Assembly: GCF_001949145.1 (NCBI RefSeq)
Contig: NW_019091356.1
Span: 4,322,934-4,386,933 of the forward strand
Length of the DNA stretch: 64,000 nt
Direction of reading: 5' to 3'
From: Acanthaster planci
Taxonomy: Eukaryota
Under the pieces are notes generated by a model. It did not search any database. It was not told the origin of the DNA and saw only the letters and a list, made by a program, of their open reading frames with translations. The position numbers and the translations under genes are program-made. Below, in pieces: positions 27,701 to 42,700 of the stretch; the first letter of the stretch is position 1, and each line of letters starts with the position of its first letter.

Positions 27701-30700
27701 TTTTCTACAGACACGTCTCCGTGTGTACGTCTTGGTGTATTTCATGGCGTTCAACCTAGCCGTACCGGGAGCTGAAGGCCAGGACGATGGGATGGGCGAG
27801 GATGATGTAGGGGAGTTTATAAAAGCTAAAAAAAAGGAATGCACTTTGATGTACGAAAATGTCTCCCTGCCTGGAGTTTCGAAAGGTAAGCATGGCTTGA
27901 GCTCGAGTGCCGATGCCGTCTTGTCTTGTAGTTGGTCCTTCGTTCTGTGTTGGCGTCGTGGTGGTTCATTGGAAAGAATGCAAGTTGAGTCATGCGCACA
28001 GTCTGTCATGTCCCACTTTCAAGTTGTCTCAGTGTGTTCTGTTTGTTGTTATGATTGAGGTTTAGTTCATTTTTCTTGCTTTTTTCTGACTTGTACGCAT
28101 GTCCTCAATCTGCATCGTGTCTTTCAGGCTCTGCTGTGCCCTTTTAACATTCTACTCTGTGGCATACAATGAGGTCAGTTATTTTCATTCGCTATAGTAC
28201 AGAATTCACTACCGATACGTACTGAGCGACGATTGAACAATAACCCAGTCTGTGCAAGGATGGTTACGTTGCATTACGGATCTAAACTGGGGAAAATGTC
28301 GGCAGGTCTTTAGCACTAGTCACTGACAGACGTAAATATCCCTACTGAAGGATTAATCGCCAAACAGTATGTACATTTTGATGTAGCGATTAGCATTGAA
28401 CATGCATTTATTGCGTGTTTGTTTGTTTGTTTGTTTTGGAATGAAAACATAGGCCTGGCTTCATGTAACGGCACTGCACAGCTTTATTATTATCATCATT
28501 GTTATCTCTTCAAAATCAAAATCATGTGGGACCTCCCACAAATACGAATTGAAGGGCCTTGCAAGCAAGCTGGCTACTGACCGGCGGGCTTCGGTGTTCC
28601 GTCACTCTTACATGTATCACCATGATTATCGGCTGCTCTTTTGGGGTCATTTCTGATGTCTGTACACTTCAGTCGTCTCATGAATTGGATAGATGTTGGT
28701 GTCTGGCGAACTCTGCGAATGTGCAGTTAAAATACGTATTTAGTTAAAATACGTATTATTTATTGTGCTGGTTTGTAGATCCAGTTGCCGAGAAAAGTAA
28801 ATGAATTGAATAAACGGTCCGGATCTGCCCTTCGGTATCCAGTCCGGGGCTATGAAGGTTTTAACCAGGAATTTCCAATCTTTGGGATTCCCATTTAGTT
28901 TACCATCACCTTCCTGTCCAACGTCAGTTCGAGGCCCCCTCTCAACCAACCAGAAACCCTGAAACACCCTTATGCGTGTTGAATTTCCCGGACCTTGTGC
29001 ACCAAAGTGGATTGGAATTAGATCTCGCAGGGTTTATGTCCTTACCCTTCAAATCATCGAGACAGCCGCTGAGTACTAGCTAAATCCTCTAGCATTCGTG
29101 CCAATATCCTATGTTCAACTGTGTTTTTGGTGCAACAACGATAGTACAACCATTCACTGTACGCGAAGGCGCCGACCCCTGTATGGTCGCAGACGTCCGT
29201 CTTATATTCCATTCTGCTAAAAACTACCGAATTTCCCACAGGAAAGCGGGCGGTAAGTTCTCGGTCGCATCATTTTTCTATCGGTTATTGCAGCCACGTA
29301 CATCATCGTATTCTGTTGCAGTTCGGAGCCGGTTTCCGTAACGGCATGAGGGGCTATCACGCCCACGGTCAGGGGCGACAAAGCGGAACGGTCTAGCCGG
29401 CATCGCGGGTCCCACTGAGACTTAAGTCTGCAACTCTGGGTACCACATGATCTTTCATCATGTACATGTATGCCTCAATTTCTCTTTGCTGGCTCTGAGT
29501 CAGTTCTTTGGGTATGTATACGGAGATTAGGACATGATTGTTGGCAAACCTAACCACAAACCGTTTCCGATTGCTTATTAAGAAGACAGATTGATGGTGA
29601 TGCATTTATCTGCTGGCCAGTCATCGATTTTAGTTTGGTATCTTGTGATACCAAAGATCCAAGTTTTTTTATTTTGAATTGGTATCCTCGCGTTTTCAGT
29701 AGATTTTTAAGGAAGATCAATTCCACTCCAGCGATACTGCTGTTACACCTCACGTGTGTCTAACCGACGCGACCAGTCTGTTTTTTTTTATTCTTTTTGG
29801 TTTCTCGGCACCAAAATAGCTTCCAATAAGGTACTGAAGGCGGCCCGTATACATGATGGCGTAATCCCGACTGCTTCCTGTCTTTGGCTTTAATACCTCC
29901 TGTCTTATTACATAGGAAGGTATATCCATTTACTTTATGTTGGCACCTTGTGACAAAAATGTCTTTACTAGGCCAGTTTGTTTCTCCCTTTAAATGTATG
30001 TTCTCACAAATGAAGTATGTCGTTTGTGCATTATTAGCGAAGTTCCAATAGCGTAGCTCCTATGACGTTAGCCTGTTTCTTGACACACGAATCAAATGAC
30101 ACCTTCTTAGGTCGTCGCTGATTGGAAGATTCATTCCCGTCGCACCTTGAAATATTGAAAACGGAGATCTTTGTTTTGAAAAATTGACCAAGGAGTATCC
30201 CACCTACGCTGTCAAACTATTGCATGCTCGTCGTATGCTACGAACCCCGATGTGGAGGTTTGCAATTATACAAGTCGCTCATGAATAATCCGAGGCATTT
30301 CCCACTTTGGACGTCGTGATAGAGCCCTGCACTTGATCTAGGCTGACAGATGAAGTTCTAATGACTTGAGTTGAGTGGTAGTGGATCTGTTAGATTAAGT
30401 TTGCTCATTTTCAACCTGCCCTCGTTTTTTATTCAATGTGGTACTTGTGTAAACAGAAGGAGTGTGTTTGATTTAAGCTAGGGTTAAAACAGGTCAATTA
30501 TTCTCAGGGTGGAGAACGGGAGAAGGAAAAATCCTTTTCAATTTTTTTCTCTTTCTGCTTTCCTGATGGCCTCTGTCTTGTGCCCCAGATTTTTGTCTGA
30601 CAAGCGTACAATCCCTCTGTGGGAAATCTGAGCTGGTAATGAGATCAGCTCGAGGGGAGGAAGCGACACCGTTGGTCATTAAGGAGGTTGATTGCAAAGA

Positions 30701-33700
30701 AGTGAAGACGTTATACTTGTCCCCGGTTCCCGATGGCCCATGTTCCCCCTCCCGAGTCGGCTCGGGATGCTGCAGCAATCAATCAAACAAACAAACAAAC
30801 AAACAAACAAACAACCCCAACAAACAAACAAACAAACAAACAAACAAACACCCCAACAAACAAACAAACAAACAAACAACACCCCAACAAACAAACAAAC
30901 AAACAAACAACCCCCCCAACAACCCCAACACCCCAACAAACCAACAAACAACCCAACAAACAAACAAACAAAAACATGAACGACCAAGTGTAGTCAACTA
31001 GCCTATATGTGCATAGTCCACAGTCATGTGGTACATGTGTTTTATTTTCTGCTTTCTGTCTGCACTCAGATCTTTTGGGCAGGTTCACAAACATACTCCT
31101 GGGCAGACGTTTGTAACACACTCTGTTGCTACAAGTCACTGTGTTAAACCTTCTTCAGGTCTGAACATTTTTGGAAAGATTTTCAGAGTTTTTGTGTTTG
31201 GCAGAACCTTGCACGGAAGAACAAAGCTGGACCAACTTCGAAAATTTCATCAGTTCTTTTTGTTATGACCAAACAATGACTTTTCGATGGAAACAAGTTA
31301 TTACGAAATTGAAGTCACGGGTTTGGATTGCGAGTGAAACCTTGCATCTCGTGCTTCACTTTGCTTACAAGGTTCCTCTGCCAGATAATTGCTGCTGAAA
31401 CGCAGAACATGCTAGTTGAGGTTCGGCCAATTTATGTCTTTAGCTGAAGTAATTAGCCGAGTTGCAGTACCCGCGAACTTGTCTGAAATACATGGAAGTT
31501 CTGTAAAATAACTGGTCTTATCTTACATCACTAACATTTTAAGATAGTACTGTGTTCTTCATTGGAAAAGTCGTTGAAAGATCATGATCTTGAGGCCGGG
31601 TCATACTTGGATCGGAAACGAACACGAGCGCGAATTTGCGACGTCAGATCAAATAAATTGATTGCACTGCGAATTCGCCAAATTGAACACATTTCAACTC
31701 GAGCGAAATTTTGCTTCAAATATTGCTTTCATATTGGCCTCCAGTATGAACCGGCCTTTACGCAGTTCTTAATACATTACTGACTTTTTCTTTCGTTACC
31801 TATATTTCCCCCTTCTTACCCTTAACCCATTCGCTTGAATTATTTTACTTCTTCGAAACAATTGCCAAGTCTTTGAAGTCTCTAATATTTGTCATTTGAT
31901 ACCGCAGCAATTTCGTTTCGTGACTGGAATGCCATAAGCTTTAAGATTCTCCCATCTATTTTTTCCACTTTTCACAGGCATTCGTTTCGGCCGGGGTGAT
32001 ATAAAAAGAAAACTAAAATATCCACAGCAGGATATGGATTTCAGTCCTGTGACCGTCTGTTTAGAGTATGATACTTTCCGCTGTTTTCCCGAAAAAGAAG
32101 AACAGGTTAAGCGCTCACAAAGTATTGTTACGAGACTGTTTTTGTCTGGCCGCGTGCGGTCGTCTTTGGTTACAATTTTGGTTTTCAACAACAGTGCGTT
32201 GTGATTTCTTCACCCTGCGCATATTTTCACCCCGAGTGTGACACATGTTCCATTTATCGCTCAGTTAATGCCATAAAGTTGGAATATATATATTTCAAAG
32301 TAGCAGTAATAATTCCCCAGCTATGCATCACCATGCTGGTAAATTGTAACTGGCAGACAATTCATAGAGATGATGTGATGTCATTGATGGGGAATACTGT
32401 AAGGCATGTCGCGGTTGGCTGAGCTATCAACGTACATAAATATTTCGACATAAACATGGCATTTTCCAAAGATGCCAGCTTACGTCGCGAGCGAAATGTG
32501 ACATTACGATTCCCTTTTTTTTCTTGCATATTTACACGATGTTAAACGAAGCGGGATCGCCGCAAACGTCAACATGAACATTGATCGGAAACTGACAAAA
32601 ATGTCGTTGATGGTTGGTCTTGTGTGTAGTCACGGCCGACTGGGCTTCATCGTGCGCTCGTTGTTTGGCGTACGTGTCTCTGCAAAAATCATGTTATCGG
32701 CTGAGCACGACTGGCTGACGATTCGCTTTGGAAAAGATCCCGCCATTTCGATCGAAATACTCTTCGCATGGTCTGTTTTTAAAGGGACTCTGCTGTCACA
32801 CCGTGTTCAGCCGTTCTTCATCACCAAAGGTTTCCATTGTGTTTGGGAAGTTTTGTTTTGTGTTAGATCACATGAATAATCATTTTTTCTTGTATGTTAC
32901 AAACACTGCGAAGCTAGATGAACAGTTTAGCCTTTGGAGTATTAACATTCAAGGTCATCTTTGTGGTATTTTTGACAATTAAATTAGTTATTTGAAATAA
33001 CTTGGTATAACCCTTCATTATTGTTCTGCAAAGACAGGTCTTTCTAAAGTAAATAAGGCTGTCAACACTACTAGTCTGAATACTACCGCGACATTGTCTG
33101 CTATGCAACCAGTGAGCTAGACCTTGGTGGCATCCTCCTGATGTTCCAAATTCACTTTACCTTGGCAACCAAGTCCAAATGCGTCTCTTGACGGGGGCCT
33201 TTTTTATCATAAATCCCACGAGGCTGTGAACTTGCGTCTCTTTACGACCTTGCATTTGATCTGTTCCCCCCATTAATGACACCCGTTGCCAAGGCTCCTC
33301 GTTATGTGTTCTCTTGTGATCCGCATAATTGTAAATTTCGAACATCTGATATCTGTTTTGATTTATTTATCTTTTCTTCATTTTTATGGATTATTGGGTC
33401 ATAAAAGTAGTGGAAGCGAAGAAGCCTTAAGGGTTACCGTGGGATTTGTCGTCACTCTTGTTCGCATTACTCAAACGATCAGAGCCACATCCCCCTTTTG
33501 TAGTAATCATTTCAGACCCTGCATAATACTTCGGTTATCGAGGCTGAAAGTGCGCCATTTGGGAACTTCTAAGTTGGTATCTTAGCTACTAAGACTCAGG
33601 CCTCAACTAGGTAAGTGATGGATGCTGCGTGTGATCAAAGACGTAGTAGAGACAAAGTGGAGCACTGATGCATTCTTCAGCAAAAATCCGTTAGTTTCAT

Positions 33701-36700
33701 ATTAAAAAGTGGTTATAAACGAATATCCAACATTGAAGTGTAGCCTATGCATGCTATCGTGATAGCAAACAGTAAAAACTGTGTGTTTTAACTTGAATTC
33801 AGGTTTTAAAAAATGCAATCGCGTAAAGGCGAATAACATAGGCCTACTGTGTTTAACCATTGTAAAGCACGAGAAGTGAAAATCATTATTAGACAAGGAG
33901 AAATTTAGCTCTCTTGTATAGTTGATGCTTGAGTTGTCATTGTGTCAACAGCTGGGTGGTGCCAACTATGGAAGACTTTCATGAAAATTGGATCTTGCAT
34001 AAATGTTATCTTGTCGAATCGTAACAGCTGAAGTATTACCCAAATTGATTGCAACCACCCGTAAAAAATATTCCTAATCAAAACAAGGTATCGTAAAGTA
34101 TCTTCTCCAGCCAACCATAAATTTGCCTCGACGCCAAACGACGATGCACCCTTTGTATAAACCCAGGGCAGACTTTGACGAAATTGCCCACAACTGCATC
34201 TTTTTTAGCGCTGGGAGTGTTTATTTTTGCTCGTGCCGCCAAACGGGGAGAATCCATCGACCTAAATGACGTCGGCCTTGTGATCTTGTCAGATTACGCA
34301 GAGATCAAAGACACGCTCACGTGCCAGTGACGCTTTTACGACCTTTGGAGCACGAAAATCATTGTTTTCATCATGGCACATGACATGAAAATGGCCGCGA
34401 AATCGCGTATGGTTCATAATTTTATCATTTAAGTGCCTGGCCAAACCTAATGAACATCACATGAAAGTTTGCTTCCTCGAGGTGCGAATAAAATTCTTTC
34501 GAAATTGACGATGCATCCGTTGCCAATGTTTTGTTATTAAAGAGGGATTCTCTGGAAAATTCGTTCTTTGCAGTAGATCCTTCGAAAAGTTTGACACAAA
34601 TTTACCCATATATAGACCCTGTTCCTAAATACAATGAGATCAAAGCCCAATTGCAACTGGACAACCACCTCTTCCTACTCTTGAAATTCTACACCTGCAC
34701 CTGAATAACTATCACTTAATTCCCATTGCCACATTCGACACAGCGCTGCTGAATCCAAGGAAATCAGGAAATTCTCTGGTGATGAATTGATACTTAGTGT
34801 TCTGCATCGTATCTACATGTACACGGCGCGTGTGATCAGAAATGCTTTTGTGCGCAATAATGAATCAGTTCGGTATCACAACGGCGCATGCCCAAAATGA
34901 AGCATGCTCGAGGTCATAGGGAAGCAGCAGTACGCGCGCAAAGCCTGCCCCATTGATCTCCATTATATTAATATTATGATGGAGATCCACACGCCGACTG
35001 GCACGCGCGCCCTGTTCTCGAATGACTGTGCCTGTTTGAAATACTAAAGTGGCTCCCAAGCCCTCGCAATTACATTTTAATCTGTGCTTTCTGCGGCCTG
35101 TGAAGGAATCAAAGGAAGGTTTTCATTTTGGCGGCATTTTCTACGGCAGGTCTTTGCTCATGGCAAAGAGTGTTGCGTTGTGTTATTCTGGCGGTAAGGG
35201 GGCCTCAGTTCCCTCAGTGCAGGCTCCAGTCTCAAAGCATCATCAAGGACTTAATGAAGACATTAATAGTTTAATGGGAGTGGACAGTCTTGAGATGGTT
35301 TTTATTGATGCATACTCTATGAGTAAGGTAAATTCTGTGGATTAAATGATATTTTGATGAAGCAGCTATGAGTGTTTAAATAAGGAATATTGGTTACAAG
35401 ATCTGCAGACTGCGGAGGACAGATTGTGTAGAGTTATTTGAAATGGACACAGAATAAGTTTCTTTGAAAGACATTGTACTTTATTTTACCAGCTGAAAGA
35501 TATATCAGATTATTATGTCAAAATCATCAAGAAATCAAAGGAATAAAACTACCATTGTGGGCTGTGTGCTCATTTTGTTTTCTAGTTGACTCTATTTCCC
35601 TCACTTTTTCGTGTTTTTTCCCGGATTTTATCTTTGCTAGCAATGGTTGTAATCATAGCGCTCAGCTATGTTTTTCACGGTTGATACAGGCGATTCACAA
35701 CAGTGCGCCTCCAAGAGTTTGCAACGCTTTGGCCAATCACTTCGCGCGAAATCTGTCGACCCTCTTCAAACGCGCATTGGGTCGACAGACTTCGTGCATT
35801 GTGATTGGCGAATGCGTTGCAAACTCTTGGAGGCACACTATTGTGAAACGCCCGTATTTATTCAATTCAATGCTTCGCAATCATTTTTTTTTCGTTGGCA
35901 GCTTGTCTTGACCTTCACAAAAGACAGACGACAACCATCGGCCAAGAAAGTGCAGTTATTCAATTTCACATTTGGTTTACTTTGGAAAAAGGAAGTCTCT
36001 AACTTTGTTATTTAATCAGTGAATTGGTGACGCTTGCACGGCCTTTAATCGTGGAGCTCGTCGAAGCTTAAATCTCTCCTCACATTTTCTGACCAAAACC
36101 CCTTGTCAACAGCCCTTACATTTAGGCAAGGATGGGTGGACGTGAAGATTGGCAATCTTTGCGCACGCCGCGGGAGCAAGGTACGAAAGACGTCACGGAC
36201 TTCAGGGATTTTAATTAGGAATCTTTTCAGAGTCAACGGGTGCTTGCGGACTGGCTAATTAAAAATAACTCAAGTGTTGTGTTTTGGGCCTTTTTTTCGA
36301 AAAGCCGGATACTTTCTTTTTCTTTAATTTATCAAGGTGGGTTCATTTGAGCTTGTTTGCAAAGCAAGATTTAGTTTTCTTTAAAATTTGGCTTCCCGCC
36401 TCCAGATTTTCTGTCACATCGTGTGCGGGGGAGTGAGTTTTTATGAGTTTTTCGGCAGGTTCCCAGCTGTATCAACGCCGCCAAACCGGCAAGTTAATAA
36501 TTAGATCACTCCTAGGGAGAAATTCAGGGAGTAATGAAACTGTACGATATGAAACGCCGGGCGTTTGTCGGTATGAAGTTTTGTCAGGTCTGCGCATTTC
36601 GAGTGCAGTGTGCGGAGATGTGTCTCCCACAGTGAATTCAATTGATAGAATTAGAAATAGAGGCTAAGAAGCCATTTAAACTACTTAAACTACGTCAGTA

Positions 36701-39700
36701 GCCCCTCTTGGTTGATAAAGTAGCAGGAAGGCTGCAAAGGTGAGGCGCATGCTTCACATCTTAAACAGAGTATAGTCTTTCAGCAGCGCAGGAAAAGGTA
36801 AAGTTCAGTTGTCATAAAAATTGTGACTAATTAGGTGTGACAAGTGCATCATTTGACGTGTTCTGCATGCCCCACTTTTCTCTCTACACACACTCACACA
36901 CCAAAAAACTCTCAGACATTCTAAAGCGAAGATAATTAAGTACAAAATATATGATATTCAAAAACATCTGCTGGCGGGCTGTTGGAGGTTCCGGTTGCGT
37001 TCGGGTTTGTTTGAATGGGGTAATCTCAAGAGCCGACGCCGCCGCCAAACACGACTGAAGCACTGGTATTTATTTCTGCCCGGCGTGGTCGAGTTTTGCA
37101 GTCCGTAGATGGGCCCACCACTCGACGATGAGCCTGTGGTGTCGCCTAGCCTTTTCAAAGAAAATCCTATTGAAAACCCAGGGAATGGCGGGCCGCCTCT
37201 GTTGTCTCACCATCGCCAACACACTCTGGTATCGATCCCCTTTAAGCCGGCCCCTCGAAAAGCTCCATTCGCTACTGAGTATCGCATCAGATTGCATAAT
37301 CGAATGCGGTTTTTCGACGCTGGTATCGATCCTCTTCACTGTTCTCTAGAGGCCGCCAAATCGCTAATGAGTATCGCACCTGTTTGAATTAACCAAGTAA
37401 TTTAAAGTTTTCAGCCAGTGTATCGATCACGTTTAAGTGCTAGTGGGTAGGTGCAAACATCCGTCTGAGTACTTCCAGCATTTCCCTCTCCAAACCAACA
37501 CCCCTTTTACACTTTCTAAAGTGTCGTCTTCTTGAAGGATTGCATCCTCCTTGGAGGGTATAAATTTAACCTATTGATTCCTAATCGCCGCCCATCCAGG
37601 TTTTCACAACGGACTTTTTCCTTCATGATCCCAAAGGACAGGACACTTTGTGTCTCATACTTCAAGGACTTCACACCGTGTGTTTGACATCTTTGGTGGA
37701 ACTGAACAGCGCGCCCTCGTTTGTCATATTGTATCCAACTAACACCCTTGCAGTGCAAGATAATTTTGAGAGAAGCTTTTGACATCGATTTGGGGAAGCT
37801 AGGTTTGTGTCAGGTATGAAAGATGTTAAATTGCCTGTTCCGAAGCTGTTGAATCTACCACTATCTAAAGTTGGTTAGATTCCGTCTACATAACTCAAAT
37901 TCTCCTGTACAGAATTGATATTCTATTCAATGCATGCTTTTATATACCTGTGTCTGCTCAAGATACCTAAATATACATTTCCATATTGACACCGCTTATT
38001 CTATAGGGGACCTTACTTTTTAGATGTGGATTTGCGAGAGTATCCACATGTCATTGAACTCTCTGGGGGACCTGTATGGCAAATGGAACCCCCGCGTTAT
38101 CCACGCTTTAACCGCGCGTCAGCCACGCGTCGACCGAAGTTCTTTTCGGGATTGATTAATTGGACTCACGAGTTGCCGAAGCTCTGACGCAATTACGGAA
38201 TCCCCTCGCATCCTCGGTAGCGGAAAATTTCAATATCGGAGGCCCTTGCTGTCAACACGCCTCCTTAGCTCCAACTTCGCCTAATATATTCAGCGCGTTG
38301 ATGGAAGCTCTTCCCTTAACCCTCCTCGTACATGTATATACTAAGGTGGTTAGGCGCAGTGAAGGGACAGCTTTAATCAAGGGGGGGGGCTGTCTTTATA
38401 TATACTTGAAGTTGGAAGAGGGCTTCGTCTGTGCGAAAGGTGATTCATTGCATCCCTTCGCCAGTCAGGTTCTGCAGTGGCCACGAAATATTTGTTTAGC
38501 TTTTTTAATCTCAAAGACTTCCTGGAGTTCTTGCCTCAAGGAGTCCGAACGCGCACTCCGTTACAATTGCTCCCTATGGCTTCTTGTTCCTGTAATACTT
38601 TCATACTCCGTTCATAACGGATATACTTGATATATCCGTAACTCACTTATCTCGAGGGGACACCTAAGACTTTATTCGTGATTTTGATTTTAAAAATTCT
38701 CTACAACTATTACGCTGTAAAATGAAACAGTTTTACTGGATTTATGGAATTTATTTATGGAAGTATTGTTCCAAATAAATCCATACTTAATGGCAAGTTT
38801 TATAACGTACTGTCTCGCTAATTTGTATTTTCCAAATAAAAGGATTTATAAGAACGGCGGTAAGTGGAGTTCTTGCTGTCTTTAGGCTCGTAATCCTGTT
38901 CTACTTGTCACTTGATGATTTTATCTTAATCACCATCCAAGTGGGTGTCATATTTACAACTGTTGTCATCCATCTGCCCGTGTGTTTTAATGAAAGACGT
39001 GCTATCCCCTAGGCTCAACATTTTGAAATCTTAAGTTTCAGTATTTGATCGTCATTAATTTAAGGTTTGCCAGAACAGATCGCAATTAATGTCAAATGTG
39101 CCCGCTCAAGTGCAATAAATGTCTCCTGTGCTGTTGAGGCAATCGTCTGGGAACCCGCAAAGCAGGCGAAGCTTGCAGTTGATGAGAGGTATCGGAAAGG
39201 GCAGTGATTCAATGAGCTTCGGCAGGGCCTTGGATTAAATATCGCCTGCAACCTGCGTCGATGATGAAATCAGACGCAGAGGGCTCTTTTTTAATGGGAA
39301 AACCACAGCAGGTTACTTTGAGCGCATTAGTATGATGCTGATGATGCTGTATTGCCTATTAATCATGTATGGCACCCCTTGCAGCGTTGCAACGACTCTA
39401 GGACTGATGGATGTGAAAGTTACACCATCATTCCACGGTAGTGAGCACCATTGGTAGCCCTAGGGGAGGTGTAGGGTTGAAGAAAACTTTACACCTGCCT
39501 GCTTCTTGCCTTGTCGGTGATATGGTTTTGCTCGCTTTACCACACTACTAGATGCCCTGAGAAGTACCTTTTGCCATTAGACATAAGACTTATTGTCTCG
39601 TCGTATGTAATTGGACAGAACAGAAGACTAAGTAACCTACATCCGGCACATTGGAGACCTAAAATTGAATTGCATGTCCCAAACTGTGGTTTGAGGCACT

Positions 39701-42700
39701 TGTTTTTTTTTTTTTTGCCTCTAATTATTTTAAGTGGATGTACTTGGATAGGATCCTCCTTTCCTGGTAACTGAACTTGATATCAAACTGCAAGTGAGTA
39801 AGGCCCTTATTATGTTGTAAGTTGTGACGCAGTAAAAACGGATCGTTTTTTCGAGGTGTGCTTGAGGGCTGTTGAAATGCTAGATATGCCCAACAAATGC
39901 CGCTGCAGGAACAGGAAACCTGATCTTCATCCATACCTCTATCTTCATTTCAGTTTATCCAAGCGGAAATCAGTCTTTGCAAAAACAAGATCTTTAAATA
40001 GTCATTTAAGAGTGGTATGTCCGGCCAAACGGCCACTTAAAATACCCCTTTGTTGGAAGGACGTGTCCAACGCTACGGTCAAGTTCGGAACAAACACGGC
40101 TGTTGCTGCATGACTGTCCGTTGCCTCTTGGGAATAGACTCCTTGTGTTATCGTTTTGGGATGAGAAATGGCTCGGTGCTTTCAAAACTAGCAGGTTGCA
40201 TGTCGGCAGATATGTCGTTAAGACTAAATGCCAACTTATAAAAAGTACCCCATGTATAGACTCCAAGGTACGTACGCGTATTTTCATAGCTTTTCCTCTA
40301 ATTTAGCATCGAGTTACATTATTTGAGAAATCCATCTGATATCCTCCATGTTAGAATTGACATAAAAGTGTTACTTAAACATGCCGTGAAAATAATGGTT
40401 CGATCGAAAGCAATGACGATCCAGTATCGATTTGGGCAAGAATCGATCCCGAAAACGTGCCTTTGGGAAGCCCTTGACATCTCATGGTGACTCATAGAGT
40501 GTTTGACTGCATGCTGACTGTAGTCTCCCATTTCATCCCAGACCAGCTGAATCTCCCCTTCTCCGTCGCTCACTAGTCAGAATCGCAGAGGATGCCGCCC
40601 TTTTCATGCACGACCGGTAATTGTCCAGCAGGTACGGGTGGCAGGGAGCGATGCTACGATCGAGAGGAACTCGATTAGCCCTGGCCATAACGATGTTGAC
40701 ATTTTGCCGTGGCTGTAAAGTGAGAAGGGGCGCTCAGAGGCTTGCTGTTTCTTCAAAAACCTCTTCGGCCGTTTAAAGAAACCCCCAAAATCGCAGGTTG
40801 TGTTCATGCTCCATGCTTTTTAAGGATGGGTTGCTAGTTGTAAGAATGGTTGCGATTCTAAGAGAACTGTAGAGGGTCGTCTTTCAACAGTTTCCTCGAG
40901 CTCTCTCTGCGATGAAATGTCGCTCTGTACTCTGTGAAGACAAACCCAAATTTCCTTGTTTGTTAAAACAGTTTGTGTATGAATTCCTGTCGTGGTTGTC
41001 TTTCTGTCCAACCTAGATCCAACGATCTACCTGTTCGTTTCATTTTCCAGTTTAGGGTTGTGGAAATGGAGGTTTTCATGAGAGTTATAAGGCGTTCAAT
41101 CGATAATCTTTCGTGGAGATTCAATGTTAAGATCCTATTTGGTGTGAAACCCGAATCTCTTTAAAGTTTAATTTCCCACCATTACGGACACTTCGATGAC
41201 ATTTGAAACCTTCGATATTTAATCATTCCTCCTCTTGATTAATAAGCAACATTAAGGTTGAAGTGATGTATTTGCCTAAAACTATTTGTAGTTGGTCGAC
41301 CATTTTGAATGCGAATTCGCCGTAATGGTGAATCAGCCTTGGCACGGTTTCAACGTGTAACCAAAATACTCGTTTTCTCGTGGACACACATGCTGAACAT
41401 TGTATCTTCGCGAACTATACTGTTTTAGCTCCGACAAACGTATTGTCTGGCACGTATATTAAAAATCGTGATGAATCGGCGCGTTGTTTCTTGTAAAGGC
41501 GTCGGTAAACGTCACTATAAGCAATCGTTACCCTCTCTGTACCTCCGTGTTATTATGGACTCAACCTTGTACCTCGGGGCTGAAAAGTGTTTCTCGTATG
41601 CAAGTCACGTTTGGAACTGCGCAAAGTAAACACACTGCACCGTTCCAATCGTGTTGCACTCTGCAAACCGGAAAGCATGCATTGTAGCTTGGCGGCCAGA
41701 CCAATGCGCACAATATAAATGCATAGTTGCTGTTTGATTGTCCTAGCATGCACGTTTATAATGTGATCGGTGTGCATAGCTTTTCATCGTGTTTCATTTT
41801 TCTTCTATGTTTGTCTTTTCTGTCAGTTGGAACAAACGACTTTCGTATACATTCAATCGTTGTGGAATTGAACAAGCAAGCCTGAAAATATCAACTCCTA
41901 GGAGGGTTGGAAACTGCTAGTATTTAGACTATGACTGCACCTGAATCTGTTGTCTAGAGCTAGGTCTAGGTCTTCACTCCATTGAAAGTACGTGGAAACA
42001 CGCAGACAATGGACCTAGCCGTAGCTCTGGACTTGCATGTCACCAGTCTATAGGTCGATGCTGGGCGCACCGTGATTACCCTAATCACGGGCTTGATGTA
42101 GTGTTGTAGCCGAGGGGGTTGCGTGAGTGATAGAGTGTAACGGGTTAGAAGGTGAAATCAGGACGCTGATTGAAGCAAAATCTGGACAGTTTAATGAAAG
42201 TGCACAGTTGGTAGGACGAGAATAGATCATCAAGACATTGAATATTACAAAATATTCCAAAATCGTATGATGTTTCACTTGTGTGTGGAAGCATGTATAA
42301 ATGCTCAATATGGCACGGGACGAAAATTCCGTTTTGCAAAAGGAAAAATGTGTTGTTCTGCGCTTACCTTTACCTTGTTAGAGAAGCGAAGATGTATGGA
42401 CCGGCTTCTTATGACACACAGATGACGTCATCTGTCTAATGCACACAGAGAAATGGGAAGTTTTAGGTTTCCTAATAATATAATGTCTATGTGGAATTCC
42501 ATTTGCATTTCAAACAATCAGATTTCCTTTGCTGTGGCCTCCAGCGTTTATCTTGTAACCTTTCCGTTTAGTGGCATTTTCCAATTCCTTGGTGGAGGCT
42601 AACTCAGATTCTTCTCGTACGCAGATTTCCACTGCCCTGCAAGATTCGACGGATTCCTGTGTTGGCCACCGACCGCCCCCGGTGACACAGCGGAAATGCT

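Noticed and set aside
30639..31139. Cluster of overlapping TNKQ/FVCL ORFs
   Set aside because: Produced by the stop-free AAAC microsatellite.
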